Of a DNA stretch of 64,000 nt, positions 48,471-61,783 are shown piece after piece. Position 1 is the first letter of the stretch, and each line of letters begins with the position of its first letter. The notes under the pieces are model-generated. The model searched no databases, was not told the DNA's origin, and saw only the letters and a list, made by a program, of their open reading frames with translations. Both the position numbers and the translations under genes were made by a program. This DNA comes from Camelus dromedarius (taxonomy: Eukaryota), in NCBI RefSeq assembly GCF_036321535.1, contig NC_087449.1, positions 8,556,001-8,620,000 on the forward strand, given 5' to 3'.

Positions 48471-48889
48471 TGAATACAATTGAGATTTGGTTGTTAAAGA
48501 AGAAGAGGATTATAAGTATTGGGGTTCTACCAGAGACTTTGCCTTGAGACCTTCATTTTCATTTTTTTTAAAACGTGTTCAGTTAAGCTTTGACATCTTA
48601 AATGGACAGAAAACATTCTCTCTTCTTTATCATTCTCATATCCTAATTTGTCATCTCTATTATAACAGCAGTTTACTCATCTTCCACATACATTTGCCAT
48701 ATTTCCAACCTTTGTAAAAGTTAATTTTGCTCATTAGTCTTACTAAAAAAGACAGAATCTTTTTCTTTATATACCACAACAATAATTATTTTACATGGAT
48801 CTTGACAACCTGACTGATCCATTTGCGTTTAAGCTCATTCCAGACTAGTGCTCTGTTTATGTAAATAGATTTTTTTTTTAATTGGAAAT

Positions 48890-49000
48890 GGCTTTAGAGA
48901 TCATCTGATTTAATCCTCTCATTTTGCAGGTAGGATGCTGAGGCTTGGAAAAAGTACATTGAGCCACCATGTCACACAGCGAGAAATTAATGGACAGTCT
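48890..49000 (-). mobile_element. MIR fragment
   Basis: ttagagatcatctgatttaatcctctcattttgcaggtaggatgctgaggcttgg. Confidence 0.7.
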
Positions 49001-50409
49001 GTATGCTTATATTCTTGGCTTTATTTGCAATTAAATGTGCTCACATATTACTTTTTAGGGTCTTTTCCCTGATCGAATTCTCTTCCACCTTTTTCAGTTA
49101 GACAGTAAAAGTCTCCTTCCACCCATTCATATTATATGCAGGAGATAAGTCATGACCCCAAACAATATTTCCTTTTCAAATTTCTCTTATGGATTGGGAT
49201 GGAACGAAGTACATTTATAAATCTGATATTTCCTCTCACTGAGGAAATCACATATACGATCATATATCTTCCACTTCAAATCTCATATATCTTTGAACAT
49301 TTTCATTTGTGTGATCGGCAACCCTTCTCCCTTCATGATTTTTTTTTTTTTTTTACCCTTTTGGCCAGTGCAAAGAGCCCTAAACCAAGCCCCTATCCAT
49401 GCAAAAGCAAATTCCTCTTTTGGTCCTTCTTCTGAAATTAATCTCATTTTCCCACACTCTCGTTCATTCCACTTTTTGATAAAGTTGACATTTCCGGAGT
49501 CTCTGTGGCATGTAGGAAACCAAGAAATCTATGACTGAAAGTGGAAAAGTGCAACACAAATAATATTAAAACTAATATTTAGCCTGTTACCAGGAAGTTT
49601 CCTTTCACTCCCAGGTCTCTTTCCCCACTGTGACTTTCCTCCAACTGCATTTCTTTATCACGAGACCCCAGCAAGTAGTAAGAAACCATAAATGATTTTT
49701 GCATTGTGTTGACGCTCAGACTGCCATTACAACCCTTTCTGCTTTCTTCTTTATCCTTTAGCGTCTCATTTATGCAGAGAAACAACTTGAGGTGGTTGTT
49801 TCACTGGGAGATGGGAAGTTTCGTTTCCATGTGCATCACAGTCCTGAATTCAGGACTTAGCTTCATACTAATGGGTTATGCTTTTGGCACAGTTGCTATT
49901 GCAATTTTGATGAGCACTTGACCTTGCTCACATCATACTTTCATCTTTTCATCTATTCTTGAGGAATATACTTGACCTTGAACATCTTCTGCCCTTTTCA
50001 CTTTCCTAATTCTTTTTCCTTCCCAAGCCCCCTCCTTCTCCTTTTCCCCACATAGCAGCATTGAATTTCTTTCAAACTACACCACTGCTTTCTACAACAG
50101 AGATCATCATGAATACAGAGCCTAATATGCTGGCCAGCACTCAGTAAGTGGAAATTCTGCTTATCTTGATTGAGTGATGGTCACCATATTTCTGCATGCT
50201 GGATATGACTGGCATGGAAGGCGCTAACCAGAGTGTGAGATATTGACATGGTGCATTAAATACCATCCAACACATTATTATTACAGCAAGGCAAATAAAT
50301 AAATTTAAAGTCTCTCTCACTGGCTTAAATAACTGACTTTATTCTTGCAAACTGCACTCCATTCACAGAACTCTGATCCTTTTTTGTCTTAATATAAGGA
50401 TAGAAGAGG

Positions 50410-50610
50410 CAAGGAGTTTGCAATAAGATACCCTTGTGTAGACTTGGTTCTGCCAGTAACCATTATGTAAAACTGGCAAAATACTTGAACCCTTTGGAGC
50501 TCAGTTTCTTTTGGATGCGAATTGGGGAATATAATGCCTACCTCACTGGGATGGTGTGAGCTTTGAACTGGACAAGCCATTTCCAACTTACCTGCTTCAT
50601 TGTGAAAATG
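50410..50610 (+). mobile_element. MIR SINE
   Basis: ctggcaaaatacttgaaccctttggagctcagtttcttt...ataatgcctacctcactggg. Confidence 0.75.
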
Positions 50611-52117
50611 CCATGAATGTTAATTTTCTTTTATATGGCACTTACTGGATACTAAACCAGGAGCATTTATTGGATATTACTCTTAAAGTTCATACATATA
50701 ATATTTCTTTCCCATATCCATCCATAAAAATCTTACTAATTATTTTTCAATTATATTCTTAAAAGTCTGTATGGAAATGTGTTCTTTCCCATTTGAAAAA
50801 AAAAAAAAGACATCAAGGAAAGAGACAATAAATAAGTCATTTGGATAAGAAAGAAAATCTTCTAGCCTGGATCAAACCCAGAGCTGGACATACCTGTTTC
50901 CCTGAAGGTCTGAAATAAAATATGCTTCTTCCTGGCGGTACAGAACTGACGTGATTTTGATTTGAATAAGCTTTGAGGGGGAAAAGGCATATTTCCTCAG
51001 CATTTTCTCATCTTATCTATATCAAATGGCAACTGATTTAGGTAAAAGTGCTTCAGGAGCTGGTCTTATAAACTTAGCTCTAATATACCAAATGTCAATG
51101 TGACAAAAAAAAATCTTTGCTAAAGAAAAAATACCTACTTCATGGCATTTCTGAAAAATGTGCTCTGAGAGGCTTTTTGGTACACTCTTGGGCTCCACTC
51201 ACTTACTTTTGGCTTAGCACAAGTTTGGGTGGAAAAGGCACAGGGGTCTCTCAGGAGAGGGTGGTAACGAGGGAATGAAGTTTGTGTTCCTTTTACACCT
51301 TGATGAGCCCTTCCCTTCAGACCACCCAGGTTGCACAAATCAGTAAAAAAATGGCTCTGCTCGTCACATTCACAATTGAGGAGATTCCAGGATCTAAGTT
51401 TGTCAAAGGGAGAATGATGGGCTAGTTCCAACAAAATGACGTTTTACAGATAATTGTGCAACATTGTTTAATTAAAGGTCAAAAATTAACTCTACAGGGG
51501 AGGGGTCTTGGGTAGTTAAGACGCGCCGGGAGAGCACGCCCGCTTCTTTGTGCCCCGGCGCCAGGTGCTTCTCAGACCCGCTGTCGCTGAGCCCAGCTGC
51601 AGACGTCTCTGGGACCCCCGTTTTGCGCTCACTGTTCCCACTCCCATCACACTCAACTTCTCTTAGTCCCGGGAATACTTCCTGTGCTCTGATTTGACCA
51701 TGAGCCTTCACCTGTTATTTCTTTCTAGAACTTTCTCCATCATCTTTTTTCGCATGAGCAACTCTTATCTACCCCTAGTCAAAGTCTCCGATGAAACACC
51801 TGAGGGAACTGCCAGGTCCCCACGCGCCCGCCAGGTTACGTGCTTACAGAGTATCCCCAGCTCAGTCGTTTCATAACCAGGGCCTGCTTCATCCTTCTCA
51901 CGTCCCAGTGTAAAACGAAAACCCGGGGCCCCAGCGGCATCGGGGAAATCAGGCTCCCCTTCTCACGGGCTGCCACGCCACACAAGGCGGACGGGTGACC
52001 CGCGAGCAACAGCAATCTCCTCCCTGGGACACGCCTGATGGAGGGTGGATGTGAGTCATGTACCAAGTCGCCCGCCACATCCGCTTTGGCACTGCCGGCG
52101 CAGGGCAGAGATGCATG

Positions 52118-52157
52118 GTGCGCACACACGCACGCACGCACGCACGCACGCACGCAT
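52118..52157. repeat. (GCAC)n tetranucleotide repeat, alternating purine-pyrimidine
   Basis: gtgcgcacacacgcacgcacgcacgcacgcacgcacgcat seen directly. Confidence 0.95.
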
Positions 52158-52211
52158 TCCCCCCACCCAGAGATGCCTTGAGGTGTGCATCCAACCTGCT
52201 CTCACACACGC

Positions 52212-52228
52212 GCGCCCCCTAGAGGCGA
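52212..52228 (-). promoter_or_regulatory. CTCF core motif
   Basis: Minus strand tcgCCTCTAGGGGGCGC; 13 of 14 matches to the core CCASYAGRKGGCRS. Confidence 0.7.
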
Positions 52229-52569
52229 CGGCGGAACACAGGCCTCCGTTAGCCATTGAGACCTGTTAGCCCCCAAGCGGAGGGCAGCTGGGGTTAGAGT
52301 TCAAGATGGGAAATAACCGTCCAGGGGAAGAGGGATGGACAGTGAGAGGCCAAACTGCGCATGAGCTGACACAAGCTCCATTGTCCCACTGGATTTAATT
52401 TACAAAACACCAAATCAAAGATGAAATTATTAAACATATCAAGACAGCCAGTGCAGGGCTTTAAACTTCAAGGGCTTGGCCCTTCTGAACATATGGCCCT
52501 GTGTGACCGTACTGGCTGCGTGCTTGTGTAGCTGGCTCTGTTTATAACTGACCCCACTTTATTTTTATT

Positions 52570-52665
52570 CCGCCATCCCTCCGGATTGTAAACTGCATGA
52601 GAACAGGGACGGTGCTGTAATAAACATTTAAGCAATATCTGTTGCATGAATGAATGAATGAATGC
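52570..52665 (+). mobile_element. L2 3' terminus with (TGAA)n tail
   Basis: gattgtaaactgcatgagaacagggac...caatatctgttgcatgaatgaatgaatgaatg. Confidence 0.85.
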
Positions 52666-53889
52666 ATTAAGCTTCATTATTTGGTGCGTGTTCCTAACCC
52701 GGGTAAGGCATATTAGTGCCCTACACCTGCTCTCCTCTTTGTTTATGCTGGTTGCCTTTACCTCTCTCAGATTCAGAAAGTGGACCCTCTAGTTCAGGTG
52801 CTCAGGGTTTTTCTCCGAGACTGCTGGAAAACACTTAACGGGCTGCTTACTCTCCAGGGTCGTATTCTAAATTATAGATATGTTCATTCAACTTTTCAGC
52901 TTGGCAAATGTGCTGGCCACTGTTGTCCAGGGGCTAAAAGCCTGACCACTTCTTGTGATGTGCAGAATCTTCCATAATATGGACACAATGTATTTTGAAG
53001 GATTAATTTCTTACTATTTCTGCTTTACGTGGAATTGTCCTTCCAATTCCAGACTGAATAACTGATGACCCGTCACCCCTCAGGTGAAACCTTTTTACAT
53101 TCTACATCAGCTTTGGAGGGCAGGGTCTCCCTCTCCTCTGCACACCAAGAGTCCTCCTTTCTGACATAGCATTGACTGGATAAATGGCCAAGTTGAACTG
53201 TAGCTATTTTACTCTAGAAATTGAATTTCTGTTATTAAATATGAACTTTTTGAATTCTGCTTAATGGTGTTAAATTCATTTAACATTTTAGTTTCTGAGT
53301 TTAACATGTCATATAATATGTTAAGGGTTTTTATGTACCAAATTTTTTTAGGATCCAGGGAAACAAGAAAAAATTGTCATGAACATCCCTACCCCACCAC
53401 CCTCACAGAAATGCATGATATAATAGAAGAGATAGATAAGTAAACATAAAATGAAATGTAACATTATAAGCATTGTACTAGACAAAGGGGAAAAAAGTGT
53501 CTTTGACAGTCAATGCATTTCCAGAGTTAAGAAAATCGTGATGAGGGGACTAGAAACTGAAAATTGAATATTTTTCCAAAACTCAGTTTCTAGGATATAG
53601 ACAAGACTATGGAGTAACTTGAGAAACATTCAGATGAAGAAGAATTTCATTTAATTTTCACATCTGTAGAGAACAGAAGTAAAGATAATAATAAGGGGAA
53701 GTTATGAAGAGGTGAATTATGGATCAAAATGAAGACCTTTCTAAAAATGAGAGCATTGAAAAATAGAACGGATTTCCACAGGAGGTGAAGACTTCCTCTT
53801 TGCTGGAATTACTCAGGTAGGTGTAGAATGACTAGCATTCCTACATGCTAAAGGAAACCAGAATATTTAGGATGAAGTGACCTGGTACA

Positions 53890-54110
53890 GCAGGCAGGGG
53901 TGTGGAACATCAGAAAACCAGAGTTTTATTCCCGGCACTTCACTTTCCCCATCCTACGACATAGGTGCTGGCTTCTTTGACTCCACTTCCTCATCAGAAA
54001 AAATGGAGACAATAAAGTCCGCTTCAGAGGGTTGCTTTGAGGAATAGATGGGATAAAGCAGCTGAAGATAGTTTTAAACTATAAAGTGCTATGAAATATG
54101 AGTTATTAAA
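53890..54110 (+). mobile_element. MIR SINE including 3' end
   Basis: ctccacttcctcatcagaaaaaatggagacaataaagtccgcttcagagggttgctttgagga...aactataaagtgctatgaaatatgagttatta. Confidence 0.8.
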
Positions 54111-55799
54111 CATTTATGCTGATAAGAAAAAATTATTATCCCATGCGTTATTTCAGTCTCATATTCAGTATGTGGTACTGTACCTATTCAGTATGTAGTC
54201 TTAGGAGATAGAATAACTATCTTCTCCTTCTTATTTATAAGGAAAGAAAAGCATCGCATCACAAGTGACCACCCCATAGAGACGTATGTGGTCAAATCTT
54301 GTCAGGACCAGAGTCATGACTTCTCCCGTAGAACAAAGGGTATTTCCCCTGTAGCATACTGCCTTTATAATGAAGCAGCGCCTATGACATTCCGAAGTTC
54401 CCAAAGTGCTTTGGACTGCAGTCACTCAAGTACTAATAGACTGTTCAGACATTATTCTCTAAGTGATATGCTTACGTGATTTTTCACTCAGGGTACCAGG
54501 GTACTTTTGGTGGCAATTACCATCTGCCACTATCCCGGTAACTGACCAGATCATGTCTTTGCTCTTGCCTTTTCACCCACTAACCCTGCTCTGCATGTTC
54601 TCTTATTTTAATGTTCTAGTTTTTGATCCCACGGTGACAGGATGAACTTGTCATCCTTTGTGACAAGGGGGCATACTCCTTACAGGATGTTCTCAGTAGT
54701 GATTCACTGTTCAGTCATATAAATACAAATGCTTTCTGTCTAAACTATTCACAACTGAGAAACTATTTTGATGTTCATTCCTAATTGCTGTTAACAAATA
54801 TTTCAGGGAAGGAGTGACTCTTTTTGCCCTTTATAAAAACCCAACGTTCTTTGGGAGAATTTTCTGGGGCTTCAATGGCAAGTGTTTTTTATGATTTCCC
54901 TTGCATTTATGGGTAGAAAATGAATGTCTTCTAGGCTGAGTGCTACTCTATGTACCTTCTGCTTTTACTTAAATGTTCTTTCTTCTGTCTTTTTCTCATT
55001 TCTTACCACCAACAGCTCCCCTCACATTCACCCATTTACAGAATTGGGGACTAAAAGCTCTTTTGCTGCAACAAAATGTTTTCTCAACATCAGCTTGCTG
55101 TTTAACTATTTGAAAACCACCGCACAAGTTCACTTTTTATATATTTAATTTCATAAATTTACACCAAAAACATTGAGAAAGTGGTTGTATACAACTAATC
55201 TTTTGAAAAATGCCAACTTTGATTTTCTTTTCCTGTTAAAAGCTCACTAGCTAAGTAGTTTATGAATATTTTTGTATTCTTTCATCTGTCAAAAATGTAC
55301 AATTTTAAAAGACTTGTGAGTTTTTTAATCACATGGAAGTGTAATGCCAGCTCTCTGTGCTGTTGTGCAATAGCATAAGAAAGTAGGTCAGTAATAAAGT
55401 TTTAGCCCCATCTGCAATTCAAAATCTCAAAGAACTCGGAAAATGCCCTTCCTCAAGAAGTTCCAGCAGGGCCCTTCATTCCTTTGTTTTTTAGTCTATT
55501 ATATTTATTTTAAATGGAATGTATGAATCCATTGGAAAAGGAAATATACATATATTTCCTTGCAATAAATCTAATCATTGCCTTTGGAGTGGAAAAGAGG
55601 AAAAAACAAAATTCTTCTGTTTCAATTAATCTAAAAGAAGAGGACAAAAACTGGCACCAGTCTCACAGCCACTTCTCTTGTCTTGGCTGAGAGCATCTAG
55701 ACACGCAGGAAAAGAGCCCGCTCTCACCTCCAGGCGGCAGTGCTGCACACGTGTCCTGGGTTTCACTTTCAAGCTCAGGGGCCGTTACAAGCACTCTCC

Positions 55800-55947
55800 N
55801 NNNNNNNNNNNNNNNNNNNNNNNNNNNNNNNNNNNNNNNNNNNNNNNNNNNNNNNNNNNNNNNNNNNNNNNNNNNNNNNNNNNNNNNNNNNNNNNNNNNN
55901 NNNNNNNNNNNNNNNNNNNNNNNNNNNNNNNNNNNNNNNNNNNNNNN
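55800..55947. other. N block 5 (148 nt)
   Basis: Run of N seen directly. Confidence 0.99.
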
Positions 55948-57782
55948 TCTTTGATCTTCTCTTCACCCAGCTTTTTAGATGACTTTTATGTGGTCTTATA
56001 ATTGTTTTATTATTTTAGGAGAATTAGTCATGTCTACTTTTTCTTTTTTTTTTTTTGTCTGTAGAGGTTATTTTTTAAAGAAAGTTTCCATTCCATTCCA
56101 AGTCAGGGGATTTCTCAAACCGAATGGAATTAGCGGTTACTCTTCTCTGTGTTGTAAGGAATAAAAGTTGGAAGCCCTAGGTTCTATCTTGGATCTTCTG
56201 TAAAATAATTTTTTGACCTTTGGCAAATCATTCATCTGATCTGCTATATTTTTCCTCTTTCTACAATAGGCTACCTGTCATCTTTTCCAAGATTAATGGA
56301 GGTAATCAATTTCGAAGCGACTTGAAAACTATTTTATAAATAGGGGACATTGTTAATATGAAAATCCAAGTTGTAGGGATAGGTTTATAGTAAACATTCT
56401 ATAATAAGTAAGAAGACACTTCACAAGGGACAGTCACCCGCCTTTCGAATTGTATTGTCTTCCCGTTAATAACCACCCTGACTGGGCCTTCATGTGTGGT
56501 GGCAGGTTGCCAAGGCTGTGGGAGCCTTTCCTGTGGGAACCCCGTGGGTAAAATCTCTCAGAATAGAGACAGGGTTAGGAAACATCTGGAAGTCTTGGCT
56601 TCTTCACGTGGGCCAACCATTGGGAAATTTCTAAGTGAGATAATTTTAGTTATTATGATTCTACCACCATTGATTTACTTTTTGCTCTATTTGATAAATA
56701 ATTTTTGAGCACTTTCTCAATGACAGATACTGTTCCACACACTGGAGATACAGTGACAAACCAGAGACCAGGTTCCTCTACTGTGAAAAGGAAATAGACT
56801 CCAAGAGAAATTTGCTGAAGCAAGTAGCAATTTTCCAGAAAGTCAAGAATAGGCTCTACTTATAATACAGAAAAATTTACCTTCACCTTCTTTTTTCTTT
56901 CCCTCCAGCTGTACACCTGAGCTAGAGAGTTCATTCCATTCTTTTTTTTTTTTTTATTTTATTTTTCTAGACTTAAGTGATGCAGTCAGTCCAAACATGG
57001 CACTCCCCATCACATCCATCTTGATCTCTGCCATATTTTGTCATGTGTTTTTCTGGTCCTTTGGTCAGTGCATTTAAGGCAGTTTTCCCCTAAAGCAGTA
57101 GCAATGGAAACAAGCACATTAAAGGCTCTTAGACGCCCTACAGTAAAAGAATTCTCTTTAACTTAATTTAACGAAGGGTTTTCAAACTCATTTTGACCAC
57201 AAACTCTGCTTCACCCCCATTCCACTAACACTATCTCTTGATACTTGCTGGAGTATCACATTCCAGGAACTGCTGCATTAGGCAATTGTCAAAACACCTG
57301 CTGGCTTCTTTCCTATAATTCTCTCTCATAGGCTTGGTCTCAGTAAAAAAAGGTTGAAACAAGAACACGTTTTTTTCCATTAGGAATAAGACTTCAAATT
57401 TTAAGAAATCATATAGGAAAAATATAGCCATTAGAATATTTGCTTCAATTACTGAAAGATAAAAATTACAATGCATTGATTTCTTTTTTAAGATTAGCAT
57501 GTTTATTCAAAATCAGTTGAGAATGGAATTAAACATATCAGTAATCACTATAGTGTTACAATATGCTGATGATTTGAAAGAACAAAAAGGTTCATTGTAT
57601 GAGGAAGACGTTAAAATGAGGACAGCTATAGAATTATATAGCTAGGTGAATTTAATACCATTTCTAAAACTTTTGAAGATACCACCTTGAGATAAAATAT
57701 TACTATTTAACATATAAACTAAAGCTCTTTTAGGGGCTTAAGACATGAGTTGAAGTGTTGAATTCATGAGCTTATTTCATTT

Positions 57783-58290
57783 TTTAAACTTTGTGAGGAA
57801 TAACTGACAAATACGATTGTATATCTATAAAGTGTACAACAAGATGATTTGATATACATTTTGAAATGACTACCAAGAGCAAGATAATTAACATACATTT
57901 TTTTGTAGTGAAAATGCTTAAGATCTAATCTATGCAACTTTCAAGTATGCAGTACAGTATTATGAGCTTAAGTAGTCACACTGTATATTAAATCCTCAGA
58001 ACTCATTCTTCTTATAACTGAACACTCGTACCCTTTGATCTACATCACCGGCCCTGGCAAGCACCATTCTATTCTCTGTTTCTATGAAATCAGCTTTTTT
58101 CTTTATTTATTTTTAGATTTTACATGTAAGTATATAAGTGATACCAAACAGTATTTGTCTTTCTCTATCTGTCTTGTTTTTCATTTATCATAATAATGCC
58201 CTCTGGTTCCAAGTTGTCGCAAATGGCAGGATTTCCTTCTTTTCTTTGGCTGAATAATATTTCATTCAGCCGTATATCACATTTTCTTTA
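57783..58290 (-). mobile_element. L1MA9-like 3' end
   Basis: ataaagtgtacaacaagatgatttgatatac...cagaactcattcttcttataactgaa...gttgtcgcaaatggcaggatttccttc. Confidence 0.9.
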
Positions 58291-59399
58291 TCCATTCATA
58301 CTTTGAAGGCTATTTCTTTTTCATTCATTTTTTTTCCTCATTTGCCTTAAGAAAAACTCTAAAAATTTCCCAATTAAAATACCAATTCAGTGAGTTTTTT
58401 CACACAGTCCTGTAAATAGATTTTATTTAAGGCTTTTCCGGTGTGTGGTTTTGTGAAGAGCTGCTTGCAAGGATGTGAGCATTGGTAAATCTACCCTCTC
58501 AGTCGTAGGTGGTGAGGACGTTCTCCACGAGAACTGACATCTAAGACCATGCTCACCCCTTCCTGGTCCTTAGCTCTGCTGTTGGTCCCAGTTCTGCCGT
58601 CCTTCGGACTTCCCTCTGGGAAATCCAGCTTTCTGTGACTTCCAGTGGTACTTATATAAAGTTGACTCTAAAAAATGTTTCTGTGAACAAAATGTTTCCC
58701 CTGAGCTCAAGGTCTGAATATCCGCATGGGCATGACTCTTCCCTGCTCTGCTGTTAACTCAGTCACAACCTGCTGAAATTGATTCCTTCATCTTTTACCT
58801 TAATCCACCCAGATACCAAGCAGATCGTATAGACGAAGCTTTGTTTGTTTCACTTTATCTTTTATAAACCTCTATCCCAGCATCTACAATATTTCAATTC
58901 TTATCTGTTCAATGACAGTCTTTCTTTATATATTCTAACCTGCTCAAGAGCAGCAATTATAAGAAGTCTTGTTTCTTTTTTATCCCTATGTATATCATTT
59001 TTCCCCAGAGCATAGCATAAGATCTGGCATGTAGAAAGTTCTTGACACATATTTGCATTGAGTTGGGGGGGGTTCCAAGCAAAGTGATGAAACCATTCTG
59101 TAGGGAAGGTGTGACACTGCGACCTGGGGAGATGTATTATCCTGAGGAGACATACCTCCAAGTAGGGGTGAGACCCAGGGGAAGATGCGGGGTCCCAGCT
59201 GTACCTTCAGGGAGGATGCGAGTGAGACTGATAGCCCATGACTGAATGCGAGTCAGGCTGCTGCACTGAAAATGCCAGAGAGCTCTGCCTCCCCTGGCCT
59301 TGACCTCTAACAGAGTGTATTAACCCCACACACTGCCCTTCTCTCTTCCCATGGAGGGTGGGAACACCGGCACAGTCATTTTTGTGTCCATGGCCCTTG

Positions 59400-59580
59400 G
59401 CTTAAGGCCTAAGAACATAGTAAACATCAAATACTGTTAGGTAAGCAAATGACCTACTTAATAAAACCCTGAATCTCACTGTTCTGATGTATAACACAGG
59501 GATCATAATAACCACCGCAGGGATTATTTTAAGATTAAATGGGAGCGTGTTAGTAACACAACAATCGCAATGCTTGAATG
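59400..59580 (+). mobile_element. MIR SINE
   Basis: ctgaatctcactgttctgatgtataacacagggatcataataaccaccgcagggattattttaagattaaatg. Confidence 0.7.
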
Positions 59581-60129
59581 GAAAGTAATACAAAGATATG
59601 TCACTTTCTCCATATGTTTGTCACTCTAAGACCAGGAGTCTTTCCAAAGTCTGGAGGAGAACAAAAAGGGAGAAAAGATGAAAGAAATGATCACCTATTT
59701 TGAGGGCAAACCAAATGTTTGTGCTGTCACATATTTATTCCAGGGCCTCTTCTCCTCCACACTGGGAAGGAAGCAGACCATTTTCCAGACAAGAAAGCAG
59801 ATGCTTTATGAAATTAAGTGCCCTGCACAAAATCAAACAGTTAAAAGTAGCAGCAGTGGGATTGAAAACTACAGCTTCTGAGTCTGACTCATGAACTCCC
59901 GTCCCTGAAGGAGGAGGAATTAAATTTCTTTGGTGGGTTCAGACGTGGGGCTAATGTTTGGTCTCATGCAAGGTAAACTCATGGTGCTAATTGTGCAGAG
60001 AAGGCCTTTCAGTCACAACCCAGACTTTTCAAAGAAGTGGGTATTAGTGAATACTTAACAAATATCCTCTGCACAACTCACAGCTTATCCTTAAATGTTC
60101 TCATATCTCCAATAATCCCTCTGGGCTTT

Positions 60130-60300
60130 NNNNNNNNNNNNNNNNNNNNNNNNNNNNNNNNNNNNNNNNNNNNNNNNNNNNNNNNNNNNNNNNNNNNNNN
60201 NNNNNNNNNNNNNNNNNNNNNNNNNNNNNNNNNNNNNNNNNNNNNNNNNNNNNNNNNNNNNNNNNNNNNNNNNNNNNNNNNNNNNNNNNNNNNNNNNNNN
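60130..60300. other. N block 6 (171 nt)
   Basis: Run of N seen directly; followed by a CpG-retaining stretch and a possible donor TCG|GTAGGT at 60340/60341. Confidence 0.99.
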
Positions 60301-61399
60301 TCACTGGAGGAAGGAGTGGTGCCGTGAAGAAGTGGTGTCGGTAGGTAGAATCCCTTCTCTTGGGATCTGTGCACCATGACGAGCACGTCTTCCCCACGAT
60401 CAGGAGCGTTGCCATTCTGCTTCCTTGTTTGTGATCGACTCCATGTTCGTGGATGCTGATAAACTGATCTTTCATCATTCCCATTCTTACTCCTTTTTCC
60501 ATCTCAGACTTGCTCTCTGGTCTCTTAAATCTTTCTTCTTGACTTCATTCTTCTACAGTAAGAGATTTGGTAGAGCAGCTTGGAAACCCGCTGGGAGCAG
60601 AGAACCAGCATAGTTAGATGTTTGCTGCAGCTGGGGGACTACAGTTACATCCACACTCAAAGAGGACGAGGATGCCACATTCAAAATGTCTGAGGGGGAT
60701 CTTAAAGGGTTTTAATGCAACGCCTTTCTTCGCTTATATCCAAAGGACTTAAACCTATTTCATGTCCTAGGTTAACCTGTGTGATGGACTAGTCCTGTTA
60801 GCGTATGAAACAGAGTCATATTTGCTCTTTTACAGTCTAGATACCTATAGTACATAGAATTTCCTTGAATGATTTTATGAATAATAATTTAGCTATGCAT
60901 TATGTGGACTCAGGAAACAATATTTTCCTTACTAATTCTTAAAGGAGACTGAGGTTCTCTTGTGGTAAAAACTGTTTCATATATCTTTAGAATAATGAAA
61001 TATGAGGATTTTTTTGGTAATTAAAACCTTAAAGGAAACATATATCATTCTCTTATAAGATAAAAGTAGTAACGAAAGTATTAAATTTCCTAGAAATGCA
61101 TATTGTGATATTTTATTTATTATTTTAATGTAGTTTGAAAATATAAAGTGGTTTGGGGTAGCATAAATGTAAACGTGTATTGATTGTGCAATCCATAAGA
61201 AATCACCAACAGTCAGAAAAATATTGTTGAATGCATGACATGAGGTAGACATGGTCTCTGCTGTATTCAGAAATGGAAACAAGTATTATTATTGCTGGGT
61301 TTCAATAGAACACGACAAACTATAAGCTCCATGAAAGAAAAATTGATTTTTCATCATCTCCTTCAATTTATAGCCCCACAGTAACCTGTGGTTTTAGAT

Positions 61400-61670
61400 A
61401 GTGTTTGGAAGCTCCAGCTTCGAGAACCAGGTTGTCAGTTTAAAAGCAATGGCTGCATGATCTTGGGCAAGTCGCTTCTCTTCTTGTGCCTCAGCTTCCC
61501 TGTCGGTAGACTTGGGAGGCTAATAATACTCACTTCATACACAGATTAAAGGGGGTGAAGCATCAAGAGTGCTCACACAAGTGCGCCGCACGGAGTAAGA
61601 CCTGCGTAACTGTCCACGATTCCCGCTGGTGTTTCTATTGTTGTTTAAGTACCATTAGTGTTATTGACAC
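61400..61670 (+). mobile_element. MIR SINE
   Basis: gctgcatgatcttgggcaagtcgcttctcttcttgtgcctcagcttccctgtc...taataatactcacttcat. Confidence 0.85.
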
Positions 61671-61783
61671 AATGTCTTACAATTCACTGATGGCCGATAA
61701 TAATGAGGGATGAATTAATGAGTGTAGCCCAACTTCCGTTGCTTTTTATTTTTGTTTTCTCTCTTCTTTAAAACAAATAAATA

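Larger units (their letters stand above)
51510..52330. promoter_or_regulatory. CpG island-like patch
   Basis: About 50 CpG dinucleotides counted by eye in about 800 bp, against a CpG-poor background; GC-rich; no repeat family recognised. Confidence 0.7.

Noticed and set aside
54150-54200. Short direct repeats (tattcagtatgt x2; also cctaatgctcc x2 near 37185 and atgcgagt x2 near 59220-59255)
   Set aside because: These are simple local duplications with two copies and no regular spacer array, so not CRISPR-like.
2774-60502. ORFs containing long X runs
   Set aside because: They look long only because N codons cannot be stops.
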